This document shows, in pieces, positions 17,901 to 27,346 of a stretch of 61,636 bases of DNA. The first letter of the stretch is position 1. Each line of letters starts with the position of its first letter. The DNA is from a virus. Taxonomy: Duplodnaviria > Caudoviricetes. Location of the stretch: the IMG/VR virus record IMGVR_UViG_3300042519_000334, positions 1-61,636 of that record; one strand, given 5' to 3'. Below the pieces are notes generated by a model. It saw only the letters and a program-made list of their open reading frames with translations. It did no database searches and had not been told where the DNA came from. The position numbers and the translations under genes were made by a program.

Positions 17901-20064
17901 TTGAAGCGATGGCTGGTACGAACAAGTGAATCTCGCTAATGCCACCTTCTTCTTTGACGTGCATACCTCTAGCAAGCACGTTGTCTCCAGATGCCTTCTT
18001 AAATGACTCAGCGTTAGTATGGGATACTACACGTACATCTCTACCAGACTTGGACAGTGAATCAATCACGTTCTGGATAGACTGAACGCCAGACAGAACG
18101 TCCTGCTTGGTTGTACCAGATAATGCGAAGAAGTCGTCTGCCTTTTCGTTTACGTAGTTAGACAGCCAGTCAATAGCATTGCCAGCAGTTGATTGGTTAA
18201 TCTTGAGGCTACGAACCTTAGGACCTAACTCCTGCTCAACTGCTTGCGTTACTTCTTGAGGTGTTTGAAGAACTCCACCTGCCTGAGTCGTTTGAGCGCC
18301 TGCTCCTTCGATAGGTTGGGCTTGCTGAGTGGCTTGCCCTGCTTGGATAGGACTTGATACTTGTTGTTGCGCTTGGCTATCATACTTCTGTTCGATTTTG
18401 GCTTTCTCTGCTAGAGCATTCTTAATGTCCGAAACTAACTGAGCCTTAGCCTCAGAGCTAGTGAGCTTACTGTAGTTCTTCATCCCATTAGAGATGGTCT
18501 GGTCAAGTTTTATTGTTTTCGTAAGGTCCTCTGCCGAGTAGTTAGAATAGAATGCCTCTGCATCCTGCTGCATTTTCTTTTCTTTTTTCCTAAACTCTTC
18601 CAGCCTCGGCTCTAGCAACTTCTTTTCTTCTACAGATACACTAGGGTCATTTTTGATATTTTGGATTTCTTGAATCTTATTACGAACCTCAACTCTGTCG
18701 CCAAATATTGGGGTACGAAGCATTGCAGATGGACCTTTGGTTGCTACATATTGAAGACCGCCGACTCCACCACCCATAGCCGCACCAACGAATACAGACT
18801 CAGCAATATTCATATAGTCAACCTTGTCTCCAGCAAGTACTTTCTGTAATACTTCTTGAGTTACACCAACAATACCTTCTTCAAGTCCCTCCTCTAAAGG
18901 CTGTCTAGCTATCTGTGGTAATTTACCGAACAGCATATCACCAAACTCTTTCTTTGGCATTTTAGCCACGTCTTCAGCTGTGCCAAAGATTGCACGAACT
19001 GCTTTAATATCAGATGCAAACAGTTTCTCAGTTGCATACTCAGCAAGACCTACTCCTGTAGCGTATATTACCTTCTCTATGTCATTATACCTGTCGTCAT
19101 TTACTACCTCGTTAAACGCGCTACCTGAAGAAATAACACCAAGTGCGGCGGGGCCAGCTATAACTCCAGCAGCTAGATTCATACTCTGGTCAAGCATATC
19201 CATACCAAGCAGAGTGAGGTCCCCCTCAAGAGCCATACCTAATGAGCCCTTCTCTATCTGTTCATCTGTGTATCCAAGATTAAATCTAGATGCATACGTT
19301 TGTATCGATACAAGTTTAGCTGCATCTGTACTTGCTCTCTGAAAAATGTTTCCTTCCAAGAACTTATCTGCATCAGCGCCGACTAAGTAGTATGGAACTC
19401 TAGCTGCCATATCTACAAATCCAGTAACTCCCGAAATAAGAGAGTTGAATCCTCTACTTAGGAAACTACTTTCTTCAGCGATTTTCTTCTGCTCTTTAGC
19501 AAACAGTTCGATTTGAGACTTCATATCTGCATCTATAGAAGACACAGCAGCTGGGTTTATTGAACCGTTTTCATTGAATAGAGACGTGGGAGCGAGATTA
19601 TCCTCATCCAACTCCTTATATGCTACGTATGTTTTTTCAAGCTCTGGACGTATCTTTTCAAAGTCTTCAGCTGTTTTGACTGATGACAACTTCATTGCCA
19701 ATTCAGTACCAGCTTCTGCTCTTTGAGTTGTAAGCCAGTCTCGTCTTACGTTTTTAGTTTCCTCCTTTGGGTCTTGAGCTCCCTGAAAACCAACACCTTG
19801 AGCCTGACGGAATCCAGTAGGGCCCCAAGTTACTTGCTGACCAAGTTGATTAGTTTTCTGAGAATCCGAAGAAGAAGGCCCTTGAGCCTGCGTGGATTGT
19901 GATTCCGAACCGGAAGGTCTTTTTTTTTTACTGCCGTAGAAGTTAGCCGCTAACGCAATATCGTCGTCGGCGTAACCATTCTTTTTCATTGCGGCAGAGA
20001 CCTCGTCAATTGACTTCCCACTGGCGTAGGCCTTCTCAAGAATTGCCTTAAGTTCTTCGTTCAT
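11971..20064 (-). CDS. Giant polyvalent, probably ejected virion protein (2697 aa)
   Basis: Zincin-like YHEAVHE; C-terminal LPD38-like region (IIDFAQGG...PYINSAFQG); lies after the tail genes. Confidence 0.7.
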   Translation of the reverse strand: MNEELKAILEKAYASGKSIDEVSAAMKKNGYADDDIALAANFYGSKKKRPSGSESQSTQAQGPSSSDSQKTNQLGQQVTWGPTGFRQAQGVGFQGAQDPKEETKNVRRDWLTTQRAEAGTELAMKLSSVKTAEDFEKIRPELEKTYVAYKELDEDNLAPTSLFNENGSINPAAVSSIDADMKSQIELFAKEQKKIAEESSFLSRGFNSLISGVTGFVDMAARVPYYLVGADADKFLEGNIFQRASTDAAKLVSIQTYASRFNLGYTDEQIEKGSLGMALEGDLTLLGMDMLDQSMNLAAGVIAGPAALGVISSGSAFNEVVNDDRYNDIEKVIYATGVGLAEYATEKLFASDIKAVRAIFGTAEDVAKMPKKEFGDMLFGKLPQIARQPLEEGLEEGIVGVTQEVLQKVLAGDKVDYMNIAESVFVGAAMGGGVGGLQYVATKGPSAMLRTPIFGDRVEVRNKIQEIQNIKNDPSVSVEEKKLLEPRLEEFRKKEKKMQQDAEAFYSNYSAEDLTKTIKLDQTISNGMKNYSKLTSSEAKAQLVSDIKNALAEKAKIEQKYDSQAQQQVSSPIQAGQATQQAQPIEGAGAQTTQAGGVLQTPQEVTQAVEQELGPKVRSLKINQSTAGNAIDWLSNYVNEKADDFFALSGTTKQDVLSGVQSIQNVIDSLSKSGRDVRVVSHTNAESFKKASGDNVLARGMHVKEEGGISEIHLFVPAIASNTVYHEAVHEVAPDILGVEGTKKLAKTLRSAILKDKALTQYMGNFIEKYQAMGASEAELDDEFVTELSSLIASNQIDIEVKRSLATKFLEIINKFLGTKFNVAPTSAQLIDAMRSISNSLGGGVAVNVEDLELGSVIARGVYDGGPTNKKQQFTPVDISFNDEMPKNVEVVDVKDKLSMDSVLERSGGAFVIINSDGTAIRHAADGQDVYGGFGYSFIKQNIDDKIGFAASADNKVTELGDLIKRVAEERDASNPEHVGKPVSVFVMIQSPGAAFGNAYGAKFFADGISKAIESGDISQSEFKSSLNDFVEKEVAKLEKNIASKEGKSDYEKNKAIRQATIKKIRMLSEAVQSSDFTTKEGHDALQRLVSSNDKMDFKTRRDFLENFIPGVQAVSGPGAAARNALLRAGFNNKAFFSEYLDKNIVDNLKGDGDSGYSLSGFFVNDPYMGAQEYLSKSKDGKFVHPQFNSKFHGEDPFLLDGKYYVDKIFSEQQFVSASGSPTSVATSVAGSMYVSSAKSKKSTRTKEEQAQAITEVRRKAKVANSLRAFSISAAPYVETKITNVDEAKAAFKSDEAYVALKKEQTRIVDAFDPNLAETIKQYDNIGGYRNFETGRVTVETSSRIEASISMDDAELIAALNGALAKEIQNSALISRVDEKGTGLLTEINLETKAQKSLLDKIDEMGLNAGFSYTIESGKNRISFAWNTQIESWGLSLDEYLENISKFFNFVKENNLTKDAELTTQQADVRFIQESDYGRIIGEARNSQRYKGKSWENLHRLLSEAEEKISNKAKLKEKYQLVDKSNLNSFNAFNAIYNSLQNEPKKNMRFLLEYTDVVKNDSDASSGRYLKFKGGDADKEIARTFEVRFADHTKKKGSEDAKLFTDDGYKVDRVHKIHYLNAWSPETFKKVVETLRNFGFTITPEAMQKGMSRLQAGGNEYDYLKSVSDYTNGRLVPRISEDEFVNLMSQLGVSDYSAREVYNDFLDGSMGPKRVAAANIDNIYKQFEDRVYEEPWYKSVFNVRKLRNALFDRQSNIKRELLNARVDGAYDFLVNKAGASARAKYSVNKADRKIFGGLSEDAVKALNKIVFLRRVIEVDQSFDDRRASITEQLAQAKVDMDYASSRVASLASNVNVEKKNKLKAELEKATAEFERLQGLLAETNRPRHTQDRKNNSYIDKEGAIAELSRLSREVANFEELNKRADAYFAEFRSILDDVYKNGLITKELYDKIKDFDYSPRVFLNHAFDFGDNDVSVRDYGLSGDQVKAIREGSADDTIMDSRFLLAAYAASASSRILKNRANKALFKAALDNTNREWVKPQDPSGDASTGFETVYFYENGAQSKFQLRTDLKREWDGANRLLEFGPKTTKAISYITGSALLKLLATRANPLFIVRNLPRDFGHILFFTDVYDNQNIYFGSYNLMRDFLKGVKSFKADDKYFQEYMEMGGGMDFLSTDGRPGSLRADKGKLDKFVDRLSSIGEISEVGFRVAVYKKFRDDAAAEFESKYGQEPTGDDLELIKAKAVNKARSIIDFAQGGNLTKGLEVFKPYINSAFQGFRVSADYIRANPKKFASKFLQAQAGMMILAMVNALVGDDDMDEIPDEVKLRYFIIMLPTKYTDEKGKERRAYIKIAKPQQMVPFFALMDIMNGYALASITGNDKYSPSDDLLGYALNSVKSAMPTGASLSEITSSVPSISMALTYLTNYDLFRDRAVTMDFNEILPMDEGINDPNVERFYKVIGKVTGELQELTTGEKSGVSPARLKASVEKVITSPSSSLVVGATYGLLDIITSVVPLDNDMSAAESKSAASKVVAALGKNGMSVSKSLWGETNPDWKVYNQKEDLMRIDQESGSKRMKIRDSAQELGLDYIKAETEADKKAILNKAKLQVEEVKKSNVVDAMYYRDSFLTAAKKRSASQNTNEIIYSKDEEARAKKVYLLYGDMSDDELLDLRKQIYQESGYSFSAKFKYEYDRLRKK

Positions 20065-20099
20065 AGCATTGTATATCTGCGATATGCAAATATACTAAA

Positions 20100-21455
20100 C
20101 TATTCCACGCCGAGGTCGCCCTTCAGGCCAGACGAGTTTGGAACTGCAATGTTAGAAGCAATAGACCTCATATTGTCATACATACCTCTAGATATCAACT
20201 CAGACTCAATCCCACGCCTTTGCTCACCATTTATCGTTCCAGTATATGACTCCTTCTTTGTTTCGGCCATATCTAATGGTCCAGTCGCTTTTATGATTTT
20301 GTAACTAACTATTGTTCCATTGGGCGCAATAGATAAATCAGTTAAATACAAATCGTCTTCTCCTGTTATTTTTATAGGATTATTAGATAAAGCGAAGGTC
20401 GCAGCCTTTCTCTGCTTGCCAGTTATCTTGTCGGTAACTGTCTCAATCTTTGACGTTCTAATTACCCCAGCAACCTCGAGCTCTGCTTTTGTAGGCTTGG
20501 ATTTTCCGCCACCGCCGCCGCCGCCTCCAGTGACCTGAGCAGATGGACGCTGAGACTTAATGGCCTCTGAGTATGTTTTCTCAAAATCCTGAAGTGCGGC
20601 CTCCATAAATGCGGGCTCTTCTTTCATTCTGCGCTCGATTTCGGCAGCATCAGCGAATCCCAATCTATTCTTGTCAAGGTTGTTAGTTTGTGCATACCAA
20701 CGAGTAGCAATCATACGCTTGATTTCTGGGTCGGACTCATAGCGCATTTTGAGTTGTGCTACGCCCTTCTCTACGGCAACATTCTCGTTATATGTAGTGC
20801 CATTGGCACCATCAATACGGACACCAGCTAACGTGTAGATATTCTTGGCGTCTTGCTGTGCTACTGCTACTGGGTCGACAAACTTGATGTTCGGGTCAAC
20901 TTTGTCTAGGGAGAACGAGTTGTATGGGTTCTGCTCTTGCTTAAAATAAACTGATTGAGACAATGGAACCATAGCCCCGTCTGGCTCCTTAACCATAACG
21001 ATACCGTTCTCAATCTTAGTCTCCATACGTCCGCTAGTAAATTCAGAATACTTCTGCTTAGCAATATCTGGTGTATCTAAGTATCCCACACCCTTAGATG
21101 CGTTCATTCTGTTAATCTCATCTGTGGCAGTTGCTGACACACTAAGACCTATTCCTAAGGCTTGATTAAACTGAGCTCTGGTTGCCTCCATCTTGGCCTT
21201 AGCTTCCTGAGAGCCACTCGTCTCAAATTCAATGGCAGACTCCTTCCAAGCGTTGTACGATGCTTGTGTAGCATCCTTGTACTTACCAGCAAGCTTGTAT
21301 TGGTTCTCGACGAACTGTTTGTCAATACCCATAGCCTCCGTCAACTTCTGCCGCTTCTCTGCCTCCTGCTTACGCTTCTCGGCAGCTTGGGCTTCCATTG
21401 CGGCTCCTTGAGCCGCCCATTCGGGTACTTTGAATACTGTAGTGCTTAGAGCCAT
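20100..21455 (-). CDS. Putative internal/ejected virion protein
   Basis: Helical Ala/Glu/Lys-rich sequence with a poly-Gly linker; located in the cargo cluster. Confidence 0.55.
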   Translation of the reverse strand: MALSTTVFKVPEWAAQGAAMEAQAAEKRKQEAEKRQKLTEAMGIDKQFVENQYKLAGKYKDATQASYNAWKESAIEFETSGSQEAKAKMEATRAQFNQALGIGLSVSATATDEINRMNASKGVGYLDTPDIAKQKYSEFTSGRMETKIENGIVMVKEPDGAMVPLSQSVYFKQEQNPYNSFSLDKVDPNIKFVDPVAVAQQDAKNIYTLAGVRIDGANGTTYNENVAVEKGVAQLKMRYESDPEIKRMIATRWYAQTNNLDKNRLGFADAAEIERRMKEEPAFMEAALQDFEKTYSEAIKSQRPSAQVTGGGGGGGGKSKPTKAELEVAGVIRTSKIETVTDKITGKQRKAATFALSNNPIKITGEDDLYLTDLSIAPNGTIVSYKIIKATGPLDMAETKKESYTGTINGEQRRGIESELISRGMYDNMRSIASNIAVPNSSGLKGDLGVE

Positions 21456-22273
21456 TACTTCTCGAACTTCTTAATTAAACTCTTCACGTATGCGTGAAGT
21501 TTCTCTTTATCTCCTGCGCTTGTAAACTTCTTGATGTTAGACATCTGAGTAGGGTTGAAGATGTATTCTCCACCAGTCATCTCGCCAATCTTGGCTCCGT
21601 CCTTCATAATATCGATAGGATTCTCTTTGTGAGAGAACTTACCCGGGGTCTTCTCAATCTTTCCGCCTTTAGCATTGATAGGGGTTGAAGGGGTTGGAGT
21701 GGTTTTGTCACCACCTAATTTAGCACCAGCTAATGACATACCAGCACTACCTAGCGCACTAATGCCTCCAGCGATGTTTTGCACAGCCGCCTCCTTAGCA
21801 GCTTGAGCGAAGCCAAGCTCCTGCTGGTATCTTCCCTCTTTGCGACCCATAGTTGCTTCCTGAGCGCCAGCAAGCTGAGATAGCGCTGCGGTTTGACGCT
21901 GCTGTTGCATATCAGCCATACTCTGCTGCTGTTGAGCCGCACCCTCAGTAAGGGCTCCGAGACCGCCAAGCAGTGCACGCCCACCTGCCGCGCCAAGAGC
22001 TTGAGTTCCACCAGCTAGAGCACGATTCACGTTCTCCATCTGACGGTTCATAATGTTTTGGTCGTAAGACTCTTTGTAAGCCTTAAAGTATTCAGATGGA
22101 GTGTCGAGTGATGGTGCCGACGCTTTAACTCGCTCTAGCTCTTTATTGGCCTTTTTGTTTGCGGCAATACCGTAAATCATTTGGCCAATACCAGCAGCAC
22201 CCTGAAGGGCTGCCCCAGCGATGGCGGCTCCACCGACTGCGTAAATCTTCTTATTTGACTTCTTGGACTTCAT
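21455..22273 (-). CDS. Putative ejection (pilot-like) protein
   Basis: Gly/Ala-rich hydrophobic segments, Gln-rich coil, and TPG.FSH..NPI and GGEY motifs. Confidence 0.6.
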   Translation of the reverse strand: MKSKKSNKKIYAVGGAAIAGAALQGAAGIGQMIYGIAANKKANKELERVKASAPSLDTPSEYFKAYKESYDQNIMNRQMENVNRALAGGTQALGAAGGRALLGGLGALTEGAAQQQQSMADMQQQRQTAALSQLAGAQEATMGRKEGRYQQELGFAQAAKEAAVQNIAGGISALGSAGMSLAGAKLGGDKTTPTPSTPINAKGGKIEKTPGKFSHKENPIDIMKDGAKIGEMTGGEYIFNPTQMSNIKKFTSAGDKEKLHAYVKSLIKKFEK

Positions 22274-22289
22274 AATACAAAGATACCTA

Positions 22290-25200
22290 TTAGTTAACTA
22301 ATTCGTTGTGAAGCATCGAGCGGTTGAATACCGCGTTGAATGCGTAAGTTTCGACTGCCGAAGACAGTCCATTTGTGAATGTGAACACCGCGTAAGGGCC
22401 ACGCATCTTATCTCCATCAACAGCGGAGTTGGACGTTACGGCAATTATTTGACCCACCGACACAGTACTAGTACCTAAAACAGTCATCGTGTTTCTAGAT
22501 GTTACTTGTGATATAGTTAAGTCAGTGTTTGCAAAAACTCCACCAGAAACAACTTTGACAGCTCCATTCAGAGGGAACGGTAGATTGGCGATGTTATTCT
22601 GCATAGTGAACGTGAATCCACCAGTGATTGCATTAACTGCCGTTACAACCCCGAGAGGGACTATGTTCGAAGTAGATGATGTAGCAGTTGGGATAGATGA
22701 ATAGTACATACCCTCACGCTTGTCCATACTAGATATAGTAACAGTTGATTGGTCTCTTGTCTCAACAGAGAACGACCAAGGCTGATTGCCCTCTACACTA
22801 ACTGCTTCGAAAGTCTTAACCATAGAGTTGTTCTGTGCTGATACAACCTTCAACATACTGGCAGTGAATACTCCGTAGAACGTGTTTCTAGTTGACGCAT
22901 CAGTGTGCTCCCAAGCCGCTCCATTCTTGAAGGTAATCATTACGTTGTCAACGTAAACTCCAGACTCAGGCGTGAATGAGTATCTAGTTCTCCATACTCC
23001 GGACTTAGTATCGAATGCGATTGTTTCATCGGTGTATGAACCACCACCAAGTCTTTTCTGGAATGATAGGATGTATTCGGAACGCTCTGGGTCAAATACA
23101 GCAACAAACTTAAAGTTTGAATCACCGAGCTTAACAGCACTTCCAAATTTACCCTGAATGTATGTGTCAACACCCTCTTCGCTAATCGGAGTGATTCCGT
23201 CGGGACCGAGTCTAATCACTTTACCAGTGTTAGCATCGGCGAAGTAAACTCTACCAAAGTTGTTTACTACAGACTCTGGGTGCTTCCCAACTCCATAATC
23301 TCCAGCGTAGAAGCTTTGGCTTCCGATGAAGTTGGTTGATACGGTAACTCCTGCACCTCCACTGATGTACTCGATGAGGTTTCTGTTGATTGGTGCAACT
23401 GAACACTTACGTTCCTGAAGAATAGTAATTGAGTCTCCTCCATCTACGATGTACTGAATAGCCCCGTATACTGGTGAGAAGTCAACAAAGTTTGCCTGAC
23501 TAAGATTGAATGATGATAGTGACAACACCTGCGAGTCAAGAACGTAAGGTTCTGAGTACGTAATAGTTGCCTTCCTATATACCTGTCCAGCAGTTGGGGC
23601 AGGTGCATTCGGTCGACCTACACTGGTGAACTTAGAGTCAGCGTAATCCGTGATTGAGTTATCCTCCACGAACGTATCCTCGAAAACGGTTGTAATCAGA
23701 GGAGTAGATGAGTAGTTGGTTACTACATTCATCTTACGCAATCGGTAGTATGCATCACCGTTAAACGTCTCAATTACAGCGTCAGATAGATTCGTAATGT
23801 TGGCGAGCGAATAGCTTCCGTTAGGTGGAACCTCAACGCCAATAAGCCCTACCCTGTTAGCGTCCGTAACTGAGAATATAGTACTAGTACCAGAACGCTT
23901 AACGGTAGACACTCTAACCTCGTATGAGGTTGGTATACCTAGAATTGTTGTGCTAATAACTAGTGCATCACCAGCCTTGATGTCAAGATTGGTTGTGGCA
24001 AATCCGTTGGATACAGAAATGTTAGAAGGTCCAGAGGTCCACGTGTAAGAGTAGTCTCTCTCTCCCTTGTGTCTGTATGTTCCGGAAGCATTAACCACAT
24101 CATAAACCTCAGAAATCTCTCTGTAGATGTTTACATCAGTCTGCTTGATTGGTCTGTAGATTTCAATCTCAGTGTTCTTATTCCAAAGGTCGGTGTCAGC
24201 GATTACCTCTGTCTTAGTAAATCCAGATGCGTCAGGGTTCTCTCTAAGCTTCAGGAACCATCCGATTCTTCTGTCGGCTGGAGTAATTGATGAAGACACT
24301 GGAGAATCAGTTGCATCGAAGTACTCATATCCAAGCACATCAAAAGTATAATCGATATACACTGGGTCTCCGTTGGGTAGAGTTCCGTTCTCGTATTTGA
24401 CTAGACGAACTTTATCCCCCTCGGCGAACACATACTCAACCTTAGCATTCTTAGCGTCAATGTATGAGTAAGTCTTACCCTCAAGGGTACTCATAGACAC
24501 GTATATAGTGTCATCTTTATCGTTGGCAAACGCCTCACCTACGGTGTACTGAAGTGAGTAGTTGTACGAAGTAAACGGAGAGTATACAAGTTGCCACTTA
24601 GAGGCCCACGATGGAGCGTTATGCTTTACTCTGAACTGAAACGAAGTAGGACCTCTTCCGTCGGTGTTTCTCTCTGAGTACCACGATACGTCCTTTGCAC
24701 CTATCTCGTTAACTGCTCCACTTCTGTTGAACTTGTCATAGTAAACCACACCGAACTTGTGAGTCTGACCAGACTTAAATGAACGATTAGATGCAGTATA
24801 GTTCTGTCTAGAGTTGTAGTTCTTGTACGTTCTAAAACCTATGAACTGAGTTGAGTATGAGTTGGCTAATAGAGTAGGATTCAGAGTGATAGACAGAAAC
24901 TCTGAAGAGTCCATAGGGGCCCCAGTAGATGAGTCGAATCCGCTAGTACTCTCGAGTGATACAGCCACAATCTTAACCAAGAACGAAATCTGAGTTGAGC
25001 CGTAGTTTACTGCATCGAGGGAGATGTTTACAGTGGCAGTTCCTTTGAAGTTGTGAGTCCACCCAGAAGGTTGAAGTGTAGCCTGAGCTTCGGTGATTGG
25101 GATAACATAGTTACCCGAGATGTTGCTGATGAATCTTGCGTAAACGTCTGGGCTACCGCTGGTAAGGCTATCGTACGCAGGCAGCGTGAACTGCTTGGAG

Positions 25201-26528
25201 ATATTCAGTGCAATCTCACCAAGAGTTAGGTCAGTAGTTGCCTCAGTGGCAGTAAAGTCGATGGCGCCAGAGCTTCCGGGAAGTATCGACACATTCGCAT
25301 ACACCTGAAAGTCTAGAATTACTTGGCTGTCGAACGAAGTGCTATCGATAGTGTCTCCAGCGACTAGGTTGAACTTAGAGGTTATTACACTTCCGGACGG
25401 GTTGTAGTACTTTATAGACCCGGTCGTGGGGTTTACACTGATGTACTTACTCTGACCTTCTGGATTGTTAATCTCAGTAATCGAGACATTAGTAGATACT
25501 CCGTTGTAGAACTCAGTATATCCACCGAACATCAATCTGTTACCGGAGATAGCCTGTGCGTTCGCCTTCTGAGGTACGTTGTCGTACATCTTGTTCTGCT
25601 CAATCGATGAGATGTATGAGCGAAGTTTACTGTTGGTGAACGTAATTACTGACGTAGTTGAAGCTCTGTTGTTTGCGATTTCATCTGCAACAAAGAACCC
25701 AAGAGTGTCAGCTGACTTTGCAAGCAGTCTAATCTTAGATACATCCGCACGGCTATGCTTAACTGTTACGTTGATTGCGTTGAACAAATCCTTAGCCGAT
25801 TCAGTGATGTAGCCATCCAGCAACTGATATACGTTCACTCCAATCTCGCTGTAAGGAGACAGGGCAGATACTTCACCGTCTTCGTAGACATATTGGTAAG
25901 CGAACTGGAAGTACTCGTCATAGACGAAGTTGTCTTGGTTAGCTACGTTGGTGAACGATAACGTCGGAGAGTCTAATGGGGGCTGCTTAGCGGTCGTGAT
26001 GCAGACAAGCTTCTCGTCATCCGTGTAGTTGTATCCTCCAGATAACTTGTATGGGTATCCAGTACCGAGCAGTGCCTTAGTTACATTTATCTTCTTAGGG
26101 TCTGTTACTCCGTCAGTGAAGTAAGCTAGTGTGTCTCCATTCTCCTTTACGATGAAGTCGAACTTAACGAAGCTAGAGGCAGTGAAACCGAGTACTGAAT
26201 CACGGTAAACAAGCTTGAGCTGGTTGGACTGAGTAGAGTAGTGATAGATGCTGTGGCTTCCGGCTGAATTGTAAACAGCGAATAGAATCTCACTCTTCTC
26301 TACGTTGAGGCCAGAACCTACCACGAGGTGAGTACCAGAGATTGGTAACTCTGAACCGCTAGCGAATGGAATCTGAGAATTGCCACGACTGTTCTTGAGA
26401 ACGTCAGCATTGCCCTCGTCGTTGTCGCCAACGTGTACGTTGATTGCATCAATCATCTCGACTGACTTCACAACCAAGAAGTCGTCGTCCTTGTTTAGGT
26501 AACGAGGGGTTAGCTTATCTATTGGCAT
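22290..26528 (-). CDS. Tail stabilization/muzzle protein (crAss Tstab-like)
   Basis: 1412 aa; LNKDDD...DAIN, FTDG..PKKIN, FAYQYVYEDGE.SALSP, GNRLMFG and GVVYYDKFNR motifs. Confidence 0.8.
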   Translation of the reverse strand: MPIDKLTPRYLNKDDDFLVVKSVEMIDAINVHVGDNDEGNADVLKNSRGNSQIPFASGSELPISGTHLVVGSGLNVEKSEILFAVYNSAGSHSIYHYSTQSNQLKLVYRDSVLGFTASSFVKFDFIVKENGDTLAYFTDGVTDPKKINVTKALLGTGYPYKLSGGYNYTDDEKLVCITTAKQPPLDSPTLSFTNVANQDNFVYDEYFQFAYQYVYEDGEVSALSPYSEIGVNVYQLLDGYITESAKDLFNAINVTVKHSRADVSKIRLLAKSADTLGFFVADEIANNRASTTSVITFTNSKLRSYISSIEQNKMYDNVPQKANAQAISGNRLMFGGYTEFYNGVSTNVSITEINNPEGQSKYISVNPTTGSIKYYNPSGSVITSKFNLVAGDTIDSTSFDSQVILDFQVYANVSILPGSSGAIDFTATEATTDLTLGEIALNISKQFTLPAYDSLTSGSPDVYARFISNISGNYVIPITEAQATLQPSGWTHNFKGTATVNISLDAVNYGSTQISFLVKIVAVSLESTSGFDSSTGAPMDSSEFLSITLNPTLLANSYSTQFIGFRTYKNYNSRQNYTASNRSFKSGQTHKFGVVYYDKFNRSGAVNEIGAKDVSWYSERNTDGRGPTSFQFRVKHNAPSWASKWQLVYSPFTSYNYSLQYTVGEAFANDKDDTIYVSMSTLEGKTYSYIDAKNAKVEYVFAEGDKVRLVKYENGTLPNGDPVYIDYTFDVLGYEYFDATDSPVSSSITPADRRIGWFLKLRENPDASGFTKTEVIADTDLWNKNTEIEIYRPIKQTDVNIYREISEVYDVVNASGTYRHKGERDYSYTWTSGPSNISVSNGFATTNLDIKAGDALVISTTILGIPTSYEVRVSTVKRSGTSTIFSVTDANRVGLIGVEVPPNGSYSLANITNLSDAVIETFNGDAYYRLRKMNVVTNYSSTPLITTVFEDTFVEDNSITDYADSKFTSVGRPNAPAPTAGQVYRKATITYSEPYVLDSQVLSLSSFNLSQANFVDFSPVYGAIQYIVDGGDSITILQERKCSVAPINRNLIEYISGGAGVTVSTNFIGSQSFYAGDYGVGKHPESVVNNFGRVYFADANTGKVIRLGPDGITPISEEGVDTYIQGKFGSAVKLGDSNFKFVAVFDPERSEYILSFQKRLGGGSYTDETIAFDTKSGVWRTRYSFTPESGVYVDNVMITFKNGAAWEHTDASTRNTFYGVFTASMLKVVSAQNNSMVKTFEAVSVEGNQPWSFSVETRDQSTVTISSMDKREGMYYSSIPTATSSTSNIVPLGVVTAVNAITGGFTFTMQNNIANLPFPLNGAVKVVSGGVFANTDLTISQVTSRNTMTVLGTSTVSVGQIIAVTSNSAVDGDKMRGPYAVFTFTNGLSSAVETYAFNAVFNRSMLHNELVN

Positions 26529-26533
26529 CGGCC

Positions 26534-27346
26534 TTAGTATTTAGGTGACTGCTTGAAATTCTTACGAATGGTCTTAAGTGCCTCGTCTTTGTTGAAGCTC
26601 TTAAGTCTAGCGTTGGCTAGTCTTCTTTCGTTGTAGTATTCTTGTCTTGCACGTGCTTTCTCTCCGAGTGGCACGGTGTTTTTGCGCTCCACCAACCGAT
26701 AGTAGATGTATGAGCGCAGGGCAGGCTCTGCATAGATGTGTACTGATGGATTCGAGCTTCTAGCTTCGTCAGCTACGTACTCGATTACAACGAAGTCGAT
26801 GTTATCACCGACTGACAACTCGATTCTGTTCTGTTCGTTGTTAACTCTGTACTCGCCATTATAGTGTCCACCACCAAGTCCGTAAACGGCCCCGTATGAG
26901 TTATCGTACAGGAAGTTTCTAAAGATGTATTGGTCGTACCCCTTAACTGATTGAGTCAGTTCAATGGTACCCTTGTCATCTACCCTATCGTACACACCGT
27001 CTCCGTCAGTGTCAATGGGGTTGCCATTCGCATCATTTACGTAGACCTGCGAGTAGTTGATGTTCTTATTGTGACCGAAGATGTACACTAGGCCATCGCT
27101 TCCGACGTATCCAATCTTAACGATGTCAACGTAATCATCTGGGAGGTTAACAGTTCGGAGCGCAGAGTTTACTGGCAGCTTGATACTCTTAACGATTTTA
27201 AGCATATCAAACCCAAATTCACGCAAACCACGCAGAGCTAGGTTACGCACGAGGGTATCGGTAGCATCAGAGGCGAAATCGTCCTGTCCTACAGTTAAGA
27301 TGAAGTCATTAACTACTTCGTCGATGGTGATTAGATTCCTAGCCAT
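26534..27346 (-). CDS. Tail tubular/ring protein
   Basis: RGLREFGFD and LPDDYVDIVKI motifs; synteny between capsid and muzzle genes. Confidence 0.7.
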   Translation of the reverse strand: MARNLITIDEVVNDFILTVGQDDFASDATDTLVRNLALRGLREFGFDMLKIVKSIKLPVNSALRTVNLPDDYVDIVKIGYVGSDGLVYIFGHNKNINYSQVYVNDANGNPIDTDGDGVYDRVDDKGTIELTQSVKGYDQYIFRNFLYDNSYGAVYGLGGGHYNGEYRVNNEQNRIELSVGDNIDFVVIEYVADEARSSNPSVHIYAEPALRSYIYYRLVERKNTVPLGEKARARQEYYNERRLANARLKSFNKDEALKTIRKNFKQSPKY

